Positions 26,799 to 35,800 are shown, numbered from the stretch's first letter. The stretch is 63,980 nucleotides of DNA from Candidatus Woesearchaeota archaeon (GCA_018302465.1 JAGVZQ010000003.1:1-63980); one strand, 5' to 3'. Notes: generated by a model from the sequence alone, not told the origin. Numbers and translations: made by a program.

Positions 26799-27119
26799 AT
26801 GAAAGAACTATATGAAATCCACGCTGAAATGTGTAAGGTTTTTTCAAATTCAACTAGGTTGGAGATTTTGAACCTATTGAGAGATAAAGAACTTTCGGTC
26901 ACTGAATTGATAGAGAAAACAAAATTAGGTCAAACAAATATTTCCCAGCATTTATCTATTATGAAGTCTAAAGGCATTGTTACATCAAGCAGAAAGGGCA
27001 AGAACATCTATTACAGGCTTACGAACCCAAAAATCATCAAAGCATTTGATATAATTCGTGAGGTTCTAAGCGAGAGATTAGAGAAAAACAGAAGTATCCT
27101 CGCAAAGGTAAAAACATGA
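26799..27119 (+). CDS. ArsR/SmtB-family transcriptional regulator
   Basis: FSNSTRLEILNLLRDKELSVTELIEKTKLGQTNISQHLSIMKSKGIV. Confidence 0.85.
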   Translation: MKELYEIHAEMCKVFSNSTRLEILNLLRDKELSVTELIEKTKLGQTNISQHLSIMKSKGIVTSSRKGKNIYYRLTNPKIIKAFDIIREVLSERLEKNRSILAKVKT

Positions 27120-27682
27120 AAGTAAGAGAAAGTGGTATGCCTGATGAAGAAGTTTGGAGTGAGTTCTTTGAGCCAAAAAGTATTCTTAAAATATTGGGAA
27201 TAAACAAAACAGTTAGGGATATAGCAGATTTTGGTTGCGGTTATGGTACTTTTACTATCCCTGTTGCCCAGACTGTAAGAGGAAAAGTACATGCTATTGA
27301 TATTGAGCCAGAGATGATTGAAGAGACAAAAAGAAAAGCAGAAAAAAGGAAGTTAGGAAATGTGGAAACAATTACCAGAGATTTTGTTTCTGATGGAAGC
27401 GGTCTTGAAAATGAGAGCGTTGATTATGTAATGTTATTTAATATTCTCCATCTGAATAATCCAGAAAAGCTCTTAAGAGAGGCTTATAGAATTCTGAGAA
27501 GGGGTGGGAGACTTGGAATTATTCATTGGAACTATGATTCCACAACTCCGCGCGGGCCTCCAATAGAAATCAGACCAAACTCTGAACAGTGTATTGAATG
27601 GGCAAGAGGTGCTGGATTTAATCATCTTATTAGATATGATCTCAAGCCCTATCATTATGGAATTGTGGGGGTAAAAGAATGA
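27116..27682 (+). CDS. Class I SAM-dependent methyltransferase
   Basis: IADFGCGYGTF motif I. LRRGGRLGIIHW. Confidence 0.8.
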   Translation: MKVRESGMPDEEVWSEFFEPKSILKILGINKTVRDIADFGCGYGTFTIPVAQTVRGKVHAIDIEPEMIEETKRKAEKRKLGNVETITRDFVSDGSGLENESVDYVMLFNILHLNNPEKLLREAYRILRRGGRLGIIHWNYDSTTPRGPPIEIRPNSEQCIEWARGAGFNHLIRYDLKPYHYGIVGVKE

Positions 27683-28230
27683 AAAAGGATTTATTAGTTA
27701 TAGTTGTTTTGCTCTTGACTCTTGGTTTAGTTAATGCAGTTAGCCAAGAAGAACTGAATGAAGCTAAAGCATTGATAGATTCAAAAATAAATTGCGATAA
27801 ATTAACTAATGAACAGCTCGAAGGGATTGGCGAATATTATATGGAACAAATGATGCCAGGAGAATCTCATGAAAGAGCACATGAAATGATGGGACTAACT
27901 GAAGGCTCTAATGCAGAAAAGCAGTTTCATATAGATTTAGCAAGAAGGTCTTATTGCGGTGAAACTTCGGCAGGATTTGGCATGATGGGAAGAGGAATGA
28001 TGGGCAATTATTACCCTGCAAGTTATGATTATAGCAATTATGGATACTTTAATATTTTCTGGATATTGCTTTTTGCAACAGTCATTTTTTTAATAGTATG
28101 GATTATTTATAAATTTGGAATAAAAAATACTTCCTCTGAAACACCTCTTAATATCTTGAGAAAGAGATTTGCTAAAGGGGAAATAACAAAAAAAGAATTT
28201 GAAAACATGAAAAAAGAGATGGAGGTGTGA
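27679..28230 (+). CDS. Secreted/membrane Met- and His-rich protein with a C-terminal SHOCT domain
   Basis: Signal peptide. MEQMMPGESHERAHEMMG and GFGMMGRGMMGN tracts. One TM. LRKRFAKGEITKKEFENMKKEM. Confidence 0.6.
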   Translation: MKKDLLVIVVLLLTLGLVNAVSQEELNEAKALIDSKINCDKLTNEQLEGIGEYYMEQMMPGESHERAHEMMGLTEGSNAEKQFHIDLARRSYCGETSAGFGMMGRGMMGNYYPASYDYSNYGYFNIFWILLFATVIFLIVWIIYKFGIKNTSSETPLNILRKRFAKGEITKKEFENMKKEMEV

Positions 28231-28526
28231 CATTTATGGAAGAAAATAAAAATATTTGGGTCTGGACTCTTGCAGTTATAGTATTATTTTTCCTATTTGG
28301 TAGTTTGGGAATGGGAAGCTACGGTATGATGGGCTTTGGAATTGGCTTTGGATTTATTTTTATGTTGCTTTTTTGGGGAGTTTTAATCTGGCTGGTTGTT
28401 ACTCTTATCAATGCAGGTCAGTCAGGCAGAAAAGAAGAAGACGCATTAATCATACTTAAAAAAAGATATGCTTCTGGAAAAATATCCAAAAAGCAGTATG
28501 AGGAAATAAAAAAAGAACTGAAGTGA
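28227..28526 (+). CDS. Small membrane protein with a SHOCT domain
   Basis: 2 TM with GMGSYGMMGFG. LKKRYASGKISKKQYEEIKKEL. Confidence 0.6.
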   Translation: MTFMEENKNIWVWTLAVIVLFFLFGSLGMGSYGMMGFGIGFGFIFMLLFWGVLIWLVVTLINAGQSGRKEEDALIILKKRYASGKISKKQYEEIKKELK

Positions 28527-28529
28527 GGT

Positions 28530-28925
28530 ATGACAATGAAAACTGATGATTTCGCTTATATTGTTGAAACTAACAAAACTTTCGATAATGCAGTTGTTTC
28601 TGTATTGAAAGCTGTTGAACAAAAAGGTTGGACATTGTTTCAGATTTATGATGTAAAGGAAAGGTTAGCAGCAAAGGGGTTTAACCAAAGGCCATTGAAA
28701 ATAATTGAGATATGCTCAGGCAAATATGCAAATCAATTCCTGAATAAAAATAGGTTAATATCTCTTTGTATGCCATGTAAAATTAATGTTTTGGAAGAAG
28801 ATGGAAAGATAAAAATTATTGGAATGAAACCGACTATGATTTCTCAATTCTTTCCAGAAGTAAACAAGAAAGAAGCTGAAGAAGTGGAAAAAGATATTAA
28901 AGAAATTGTTGATAATGCCAAGTGA
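28530..28925 (+). CDS. DUF302-domain protein
   Basis: About 130 aa, ...FDNAVVSVLKAVEQKGWTLFQIYDV...LISLCMPCKI pattern. Confidence 0.7.
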   Translation: MTMKTDDFAYIVETNKTFDNAVVSVLKAVEQKGWTLFQIYDVKERLAAKGFNQRPLKIIEICSGKYANQFLNKNRLISLCMPCKINVLEEDGKIKIIGMKPTMISQFFPEVNKKEAEEVEKDIKEIVDNAK

Positions 28926-29038
28926 TAAAATGAGATTCCTTTATTATTAATTTTCTATCCTTAAATTCTGCTTCTAATTCTTTAGTAGTCTTTTCTTCGC
29001 TTAATTAAAATCTAATCTGTTGTCTGCTTAACACCCCA

Positions 29039-29188
29039 TTATTTTCCAGCAAACACAGCCTTCTTAATTCCCCACAATATAATAACTAGAGCAAATACAA
29101 TACCTAAGCTGAGCATTCCTATTAAAAGGAATATCCCTAACAGCATCAAAACAACCCCCACAAAGATATCTTCCATGATCTTAGCCAT
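29039..29188 (-). CDS. Possible 49-aa two-TM micro-protein
   Basis: Reverse-strand ORF MAKIMEDIFVGVVLMLLGIFLLIGMLSLGIVFALVIILWGIKKAVFAGK*. Not in the track (too short). Confidence 0.3.
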   Translation of the reverse strand: MAKIMEDIFVGVVLMLLGIFLLIGMLSLGIVFALVIILWGIKKAVFAGK

Positions 29189-29296
29189 TAAAATCCCCCC
29201 TCATCAGTATCTATCTTGTTAACTGTGATAATATTCCTTATTTCTCTGAAGCATTTAAAAAGCTTTTTAAAGATGACTTATTAGATTATTTTGTGT

Positions 29297-29383
29297 GGGC
29301 TCGTAACTCAGCTTGGATAGAGTGCTAGCCTTCTAAGCTAGAAGTCGTGGGTTCAAAATTCAATGAAAATCCCATCGGGCCCG
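29297..29383 (+). tRNA. tRNA-Arg(TCT) with a 12-nt BHB mini-intron in the T-loop (59/60; 29358-29369)
   Basis: Acceptor GGGCTCG/CGGGCCC with G73, anticodon arm CTAGC-CTTCTAA-GCTAG. T-arm GTGGG-TTCA-AAA-TTCAA-TGAA-AAT-CCCAT. Splicing after the 2nd bulge nucleotide yields the T-loop TTCAAAT. Confidence 0.85.
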
Positions 29384-29414
29384 CATTTTTATTATTATTT
29401 AATATATATTTTTC

Positions 29415-29457
29415 ACTCACTAGCCCATCGGACAATCTCTCGGGTGAGGTTTATATA
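29415..29457 (+). promoter_or_regulatory. Conserved promoter module, copy C: 28-nt core (29415-29442), 7-nt spacer, TATA (29450-29457)
   Basis: ACTCACTAGCCCATCGGACAATCTCTCG-N7-TTTATATA, with 22 nt to the GTG at 29480. Confidence 0.7.
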
Positions 29458-29479
29458 TTGAAGGTTAAAGAATACTATT

Positions 29480-30169
29480 GTGAGAAAGACAAATATCTAT
29501 GAATTCATTGGAGTGATAATTGGAGACGGTTCCCTCCTGTATAACCCAAAGAGGAGAGTTTACAGACTTGAAATAGCGGGAAATGCCACAGAAGATTATC
29601 CTTATTTTTTAAAGTTAAAACAGTTTATGGTGAAAAGTATGGGATATACACCAAAAATAAGATTCAGGACACACAAAAAAGGAAGAAGCATTTGCTTATA
29701 TTTGGATAATAAAAAGTTTTTAGAGTTTATGAAGAGTCTAGACTTACCATTTGGGAAAAAAACTTTTACAATAACTATCCCTAGTAATTTTCTTAACTGG
29801 AAATATTCAAAACACATAATAAGGGGAATCTTTGAAAGTGATGGTTCACTTTACTTTTCAAAAAGTAAGATAACTACAAATAAACCAACCTATCCCCGAA
29901 TAGAGATAAAAACTTCAAGTGAAAAACTAGTGTATCAAATAAAAAGTATCTTAAGTGAGAATGGTTTTAGTGTACAAACTATAGCTCCAAAAAGAGATAA
30001 AGCTACTAAGATTTACATTTCAGGGGAAAGAATGTTGAATAAGTGGATTGATGAGATCGGATTTAGCAGTAGAAAAAATTTGACCAAATATCTGTATTGG
30101 GATAAATTAGGATACTACACACCTCGTTCTACACTAAGGCAAAGAGAAACCCTTTTAAAATCTCCTTAG
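29480..30169 (+). CDS. Free-standing double-motif LAGLIDADG homing endonuclease-like protein (GTG start)
   Basis: YEFIGVIIGDGSL and IIRGIFESDGSL motifs. C-terminal ISGERMLNKWIDEIGFSSRKNLTKY is homologous to 5302-6129. Confidence 0.85.
   Translation: MRKTNIYEFIGVIIGDGSLLYNPKRRVYRLEIAGNATEDYPYFLKLKQFMVKSMGYTPKIRFRTHKKGRSICLYLDNKKFLEFMKSLDLPFGKKTFTITIPSNFLNWKYSKHIIRGIFESDGSLYFSKSKITTNKPTYPRIEIKTSSEKLVYQIKSILSENGFSVQTIAPKRDKATKIYISGERMLNKWIDEIGFSSRKNLTKYLYWDKLGYYTPRSTLRQRETLLKSP
30153..30160 (+). promoter_or_regulatory. Candidate TATA box (TTTTAAAA) of the downstream tRNA, embedded in the last codons (L-L-K) of the LAGLIDADG gene
   Basis: 24 nt separate the box from the tRNA 5' end at 30185. 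Confidence 0.5.
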
Positions 30170-30184
30170 TTAATTTCATATAAG

Positions 30185-30322
30185 GGGCACATCGCCAAGA
30201 TGAGTTATTCATGGCAACGGTTAAGGCAGTCGATATTCCAAAAGAATAGCTGAACCTGCAGACCATTTGGCCGAGAGCGACTATCGCAGGTTCGAAATTT
30301 AACGAAAATCCTGCTGTGCCCT
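30185..30322 (+). tRNA. tRNA-Cys(GCA)-like gene with four predicted introns: D-loop (30200-30217), 30/31 (30233-30254), 37/38 (30262-30275), 59/60 (30297-30308)
   Basis: Acceptor GGGCACA/TGTGCCC with U73. Three introns have clean BHBs (GCCA/TGGC, CAGT/GCTG, TTCG/CGAA, each with 3-nt bulges and inner hairpins). The 37/38 intron has bulges AGA/AGA and a central helix with a U33 mismatch. The spliced 72-nt product folds as GCCA-AGCGGTTA-AGGC, GTCGC-CTGCAGA-GCGAC, GCAGG-TTCGAAT-CCTGC. Confidence 0.6.
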
Positions 30323-30334
30323 TTTTTAATTAAA

Positions 30335-30664
30335 ATGAAAAGTCTAAAGTTTCACACTATTTTAATTCCTCTAATTTTATCGAAAAGAAAAACATCAACT
30401 TGGAGATTGTTTGATGATAAGGAATTGAAGGAAGGGGATATTGTAAATTTTATCAACAATAAAACCCTAGGAAAATTTGCAAAAGCAGAGCTAACAAACA
30501 TAAAAATTAAAAAATTCAAGGATTTAACAGAGAACGATTGGAAAGGTCATGAGGAATACAGTTCTGATAAAGAGATGTACAAAAAGTACACTAAATACTA
30601 TAAAAAACCAATAAATGGAGAAACAGAACTAAAAATAATCTCTTTCAGATTAATCACTTCTTAA
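30335..30664 (+). CDS. ASCH (PUA-like) domain protein
   Basis: KRKTSTWRLFDDKELKEGDIV...AKAELTNIKIKKF pattern. Confidence 0.55.
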   Translation: MKSLKFHTILIPLILSKRKTSTWRLFDDKELKEGDIVNFINNKTLGKFAKAELTNIKIKKFKDLTENDWKGHEEYSSDKEMYKKYTKYYKKPINGETELKIISFRLITS

Positions 30665-30763
30665 ACTTCTTCTTATAATTTTCAATGCCTTTCTTCAACT
30701 TAGGTCATGATTTGTAAAACTTACGATAAGGAATAAAAAATAAATAAAAAAAGAAAAAAGTGT

Positions 30764-32749
30764 TTATTCTTTTGCAAAAATTAATCTTGCAAAGAATACT
30801 ATCAACACTAATAGCACCACAATTCCAAGTACCCAGAATATTCTTCCTGAGTCAACCCAGTCTCTATAGAAAGATCCTGATGTTGAACTTGGCTGGAATA
30901 TTGAATTTCCAGTAGCGCCATTTCCTGCTGCAATCTCAGCATTAAATGCTTGTGTAGTAACTACATTACCGCCTTGCTTTAATTCAACAGTACCAGCATA
31001 TTTACCTGTGGTCAATCCTGTATTTGGTGTTACATATACAAATACGGTTGAAGTTTGACCAGGTCCAACTGAAAGGTCTTGTGACTCAGTCTTTCCCCAT
31101 CCTCCAACTGCATTTGCTTCTAATGAATATGTAACAGCTGAACTTCCAGAGTTTTGCACTGTAACTGGAATTGCAAATACATTTCCAACTGCGCCTGTGA
31201 AGGAGCTCTGTAACAAGTTAAGTGAAGTAGTCTTTACTGCTCCACATCCTTGTATATTTAATGTCTTAGTCTCTATCACAGATTTTCCCTTGTTATCAAA
31301 CAATGTTAAGGCCTCTATGTTGTACTCTCCTTCCTTGATGTTATCAGGTATTCTGAATGAAAATGTTTTTACAGCGCTATTATCATTCTTGTCAAACTTA
31401 TCTAGTATAAACTCATTTGATATTAAGTCATTTACACCAAATAAATCTGGATTTCTAACACTCACTTGAACATTTTCTTCTTCTTTCTTACCTATGTTTA
31501 ATACAGAAATTCTGAAGTTTGCATTATCCCCACATGTTAATGTAACTGGGTTTACAGCAAATTCTTGTATCACAATATCGTGATTTTCTCTCTCTACATC
31601 AATAGGTATTGAAGCTTCAGCGCATTGAACATCTTCATCAAAGTCATCAAATACAACCTTCGCAAATATTGCAATCTTGTCACTTGATCCGATTTCATCA
31701 CCTAAAGGAAGAGTGAAGTCAAAATCAACTGTTTCAGTATCGCCATTATCTACACTTACATCAGCATCCTGAGATAGTATTTCATCATTCTCATCAAGGT
31801 TCCAAATAGAAACTTCTACTGTAGCATCTTGATCCTCACCATCTTTATTATCAACCTCAACACTAACTGTTAAAGTTTCTCCAGGCTTGAAATTGTCATT
31901 CTTGTCTGGATCTTCTATCTTGACCTTTATTTTGTTTCCAACTGGACCAACTTCACAAAGTTCAGGAGTAACATCTACTTTAAATGTTGCTGTGTCTGAA
32001 ATTTTTGTAGTCTGTCCTTGGACACTGGATTCAACTGTTAATATTCCTGATTTTGCTCCAAGATCAAATCCGTCATCTACAATTGTCTTAACCTTTAAGG
32101 TCTTTGTTTCTCCAGGGTTTAACACAACTGTTGAAGGATCCTTATCATCTAATTTGAAGTCAAGAACCATTTTGTCTTCATTATCTTTATCAAAGATTAC
32201 AGAAGGACTGTTTTGTACAAAGTCATGTGTTACCTTAAAATTACTTAATACAGCGCTTCCTGTATTCTTTAATGTAAGTTCAGTTGTTTTTGTCTGACCT
32301 TCAAATGTGCTTATTTCAACAGAATCCTGCTCTAAGTTAAATGATTGAACATCACTAACAATCAGAGAATAACTTGCTGTTCCTTTAACAGCAGTATTTG
32401 CTGTATCTGTAGCAGTCAATGTTGCAGTATATGTTCCTTTAAGTACAGTAGGAACTGATGCTTGAACTGCTGCAGTTCCTGTTGCACCTGCTGCAACAGT
32501 TACACTTCCTAAATTACTCACTGGAAACTTATTTGTTCCCTGTGTCATATCAGTGCTTGTCAAAGAAGCAGTAACTGCACTTGCTCCTGTATTCTGCACT
32601 GAAACAGTGTATGTAACTACATCTCCCGGATTAGCAGATGTCTGCGCTCCAGAATATGTAGGGCTTGAGACACTAACTAATAGAGCCGCACTAGCAAAAC
32701 TTAGGCTCAATAGAAAAGCCGCAATAAATCCTAACAATAATTTTTTCAT
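30764..32749 (-). CDS. Large secreted surface protein with repeated Ig/CARDB-like modules and a C-terminal TM anchor
   Basis: Signal peptide MKKLLLGFIAAFLL.., T/S/V-rich beta modules, C-terminal WVLGIVVLLVLIVFFARLIF. Its central module is paralogous to the C-terminal part of 32831-36262. Confidence 0.65.
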   Translation of the reverse strand: MKKLLLGFIAAFLLSLSFASAALLVSVSSPTYSGAQTSANPGDVVTYTVSVQNTGASAVTASLTSTDMTQGTNKFPVSNLGSVTVAAGATGTAAVQASVPTVLKGTYTATLTATDTANTAVKGTASYSLIVSDVQSFNLEQDSVEISTFEGQTKTTELTLKNTGSAVLSNFKVTHDFVQNSPSVIFDKDNEDKMVLDFKLDDKDPSTVVLNPGETKTLKVKTIVDDGFDLGAKSGILTVESSVQGQTTKISDTATFKVDVTPELCEVGPVGNKIKVKIEDPDKNDNFKPGETLTVSVEVDNKDGEDQDATVEVSIWNLDENDEILSQDADVSVDNGDTETVDFDFTLPLGDEIGSSDKIAIFAKVVFDDFDEDVQCAEASIPIDVERENHDIVIQEFAVNPVTLTCGDNANFRISVLNIGKKEEENVQVSVRNPDLFGVNDLISNEFILDKFDKNDNSAVKTFSFRIPDNIKEGEYNIEALTLFDNKGKSVIETKTLNIQGCGAVKTTSLNLLQSSFTGAVGNVFAIPVTVQNSGSSAVTYSLEANAVGGWGKTESQDLSVGPGQTSTVFVYVTPNTGLTTGKYAGTVELKQGGNVVTTQAFNAEIAAGNGATGNSIFQPSSTSGSFYRDWVDSGRIFWVLGIVVLLVLIVFFARLIFAKE

Positions 32750-32830
32750 TTTATTTCTAACCCCCATATATGGTTTATAATTATGTTGCTATTTTATAGT
32801 CATAAAAACATATTTAAACCTTTCGGTGAC

Positions 32831-35800
32831 TCATTTTTTCATTAAAATGTACATTTTAAGCAAATAGGAAAGTATTCCTAACCCAAGCATAGCAGCCAAA
32901 AATGCAGATGTATTTACAAGCAAATTGTTGCTTATTTCTCTCTGGGTTGATTGGATAACCTCTCCATTAATTCCATTATCTTTGCTACCTACTCCAGACT
33001 GTTGTGTTATTGTCTGAGAACCATTCTCATCACATAAAATCATAACTTCCTTATCTAAATTATTCCTTTCAGCGCCTTCCTTATACACCACTTCTAACAC
33101 AAAAGTTGTTTTTTCAACTTCTGTATCGGGAACATCAAACGAGATTGTTTTAGTGATGGAATCTCCATTCTTATCAAACTCCTTAAGTTCAAATACCTCA
33201 GAATTTAGATCTATCCCTAAATCTTGGTTTGTAACCCTAAAATAAACACTCTCATCATTATCCTTTCCAAAATTCCTCGCGCTTAATTTCAAAGAAGCTT
33301 TAGAGTTGCAGATCAAACTTTCCGGAATAACCACACTTGTGACCCTAACATCATTCTTATCTCTTTTTACATCCAGCCCATTGCTTTCAATGATACATTG
33401 AGCATCTTCATCACCATCATCATAAGCTTTTAAGTACAAAACGATCTTATCATTCTCTACATCTTCAGGAACTGTTATTTCAAAATCAAAATCGTCTTTC
33501 TCAGAATCCCCACTATCAAGTTCAACAGAGTCTGCATCTACAGATTCAACTTCATCATTAGCATCAACATTCCATAATACCCCTTCTACTGTAACATCCC
33601 TGGTTTTGCCTTTATTTCTCACAGTTAAATCAACACTTATGGTTTCTCCAGGCTTGAAATCCTCATTCCTGTTAGGTTCATCTACTGTAATAGATATATC
33701 CTCCCCATTTATTCCATTACTACAAAGATCTGGGAAAACTTCAATCTCAACAGGAACAATTTCAGACTGTATATTTGTCTCTATCTTAAATGTGCCTGTA
33801 TAAACTCCAGGTTTAAATTCCGAAGGAACTGCAGTTTTTATCTCTATATCCGAGGATTTAGATGGCAGAATACTTAAAAATGCAGGGAAGTCAAGAGATA
33901 TTTTTTTGTCTTCAAAAGAAATCTCACCATTAAAAATTTGTTTTGTGCCTATTGAACTATTACCTTTATTCGTTATCTTTAACTTAGAGATGATTGAGCT
34001 TCCTTCCTGAACAAGTAGCTTAATTTGGGCTAAATCCAAAGAAAATCCCTCCCCAATACTAGTAGGAGTTTGTTCATTATTCCCATTATCAGAAGTTGTA
34101 GTTGAGCATCCTCTGCCGAAGACATCAGATAAATGAAAAAAATCATCAGCATCGATTACATTATTCCTAACAATATCAAATTTACTGTCAAATCCAGCAT
34201 TCGAACTCCTTAACCCCATCTTCGAAACAAATAAATCAATATCATTCTGGTTTACACATGCATCCCCGTTAAAATCGCCTTTTTCTGTGCATGACTGAAA
34301 ATTCTCTAATGTTTCTGAATTTGAACTTTGTCCATTATTATAGATAACAGTCGCAGTAATATTATGAATTCCAGGAGCATTTGTAAAATCTATAACTTGC
34401 TTGCTGTTTTCACCTGATGAAATCTGGCCTATATTAATTAAAGAGTCTATGTTTAGAGGAAGATAATTAACCCTTAATTGTGCATTTCTTTCTGTCCTCG
34501 TTCCTGAGTTTTGGATACTAACCTCCAATTTGGAATTTGCACTGCATACCTGACCGTCATTAACTCTTATATTTGAAATGAATATGTCATGTCTTGATTG
34601 CTGAACATCAAGCATTAATTCAAACTCTCTGGACTGAGGTATTATAACATCTCTAAAGTTCTCATCGATATCAAATAAATCTCCCTCAACTTCTAGTGTT
34701 AATTTATAAATTCCTGGTTGTAAATCACGAGGCAAAACAAAACTATAATCCAGTTGTCTGGTCTCTAAACTGCTTAATGAAAATCCTGAGTCTATAATAT
34801 CATTAAATACAATATTTCCATTTCTTTCCAGTTTTATACTAACTTCAATATCATCAACAACAATGTCCGTGCCTTCTTTAGCCGGTTGTCTGTTTAATAA
34901 TGTAGGCATGATATTGAACTCAGATGCAGTAAATACCCTCTGTATTGATTGAGTATTATTTACTGAACTCAAACTTCCGCCAGAATAATCAACATCAACA
35001 TTTAAAAATCCAAATATTGGCTGAACATAAATTGTAAAGCTTTGAGAAGAACTTTTTGCATTAGGTACATTATCCCTTACTCTAACCTCTACATTATTAT
35101 TGCCTATTTGTCCTTCATTTGGAATCCATTTTATTAAACCAGTAGAAGAATTAATGCTCATTCCACTAGGCGAGCTTAATAAACTATAATCAATTTCATT
35201 ACCTTCTAAGTCACTAGCATTTACATCATAATTATACTCTAAGCCAGCTACAGCATTTTCAACAGCTGTTGAAATAACCGAAGGAGCATCATTAACAGGA
35301 TTTACAATTATAGAAAAGGACTTATCATCGCTTCCAGAGCCATCGCTTGCGCTTATTGTTAAATCTGCCTTTCCATTAAGGTCTTTTCCTAAACTAGTGC
35401 AGTTCAAAAAGAAAGTTTTAGCAATATCTGTCTCATTCCCTATTAGACCGCATGTTATTAAATTAGAAGTGTTTGCACTAAAACTGCTTATAGAAAATAC
35501 TAAATCATCGTCATTTGTGTCAGTATCAGTAACAAAACTCCTAAAATCTAACAATCTTGACTGTAAATTCTGGTCTTCATTCAAATTAATATTAGGAATA
35601 CTTGAAAAATTCGGAGATGCGCTTCTTCCCTTACCCGGAGAACCGCCTAAACTCAAGCTTTGTACAAAATTTCCATTAACGTCTTTTTCCATAGAATATC
35701 CATTGCTCTTCTGTACAAAATATGTAGGGCCATTAAAATGAGCTTGGAAGAAAACAATATTGACTTCAGAACCACCTCCATCAAGAAGTCTTATTTCTAC

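Noticed and set aside
29368-29442. Possible tRNA-fragment (att-like) origin of the 28-nt core: CCCATCGGAC in the core resembles CCCATCGGGCC at the tRNA-Arg 3' end
   Set aside because: The match covers only 9-10 nt and occurs only with copy C. Copies A and B have TCCATCGGAC and are not next to that tRNA. This is too short to support an integration-site interpretation.
30262-30275. Alternative placement of the third tRNA-Cys intron at 38/39 (and of the second tRNA-Ser intron at 38/39)
   Set aside because: The 4-nt sequence redundancy allows several junctions that give the same mature loop. Only the canonical 37/38 register gives two 3-nt bulges around a 4-position central helix, so that register is reported. 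It remains the least certain intron.
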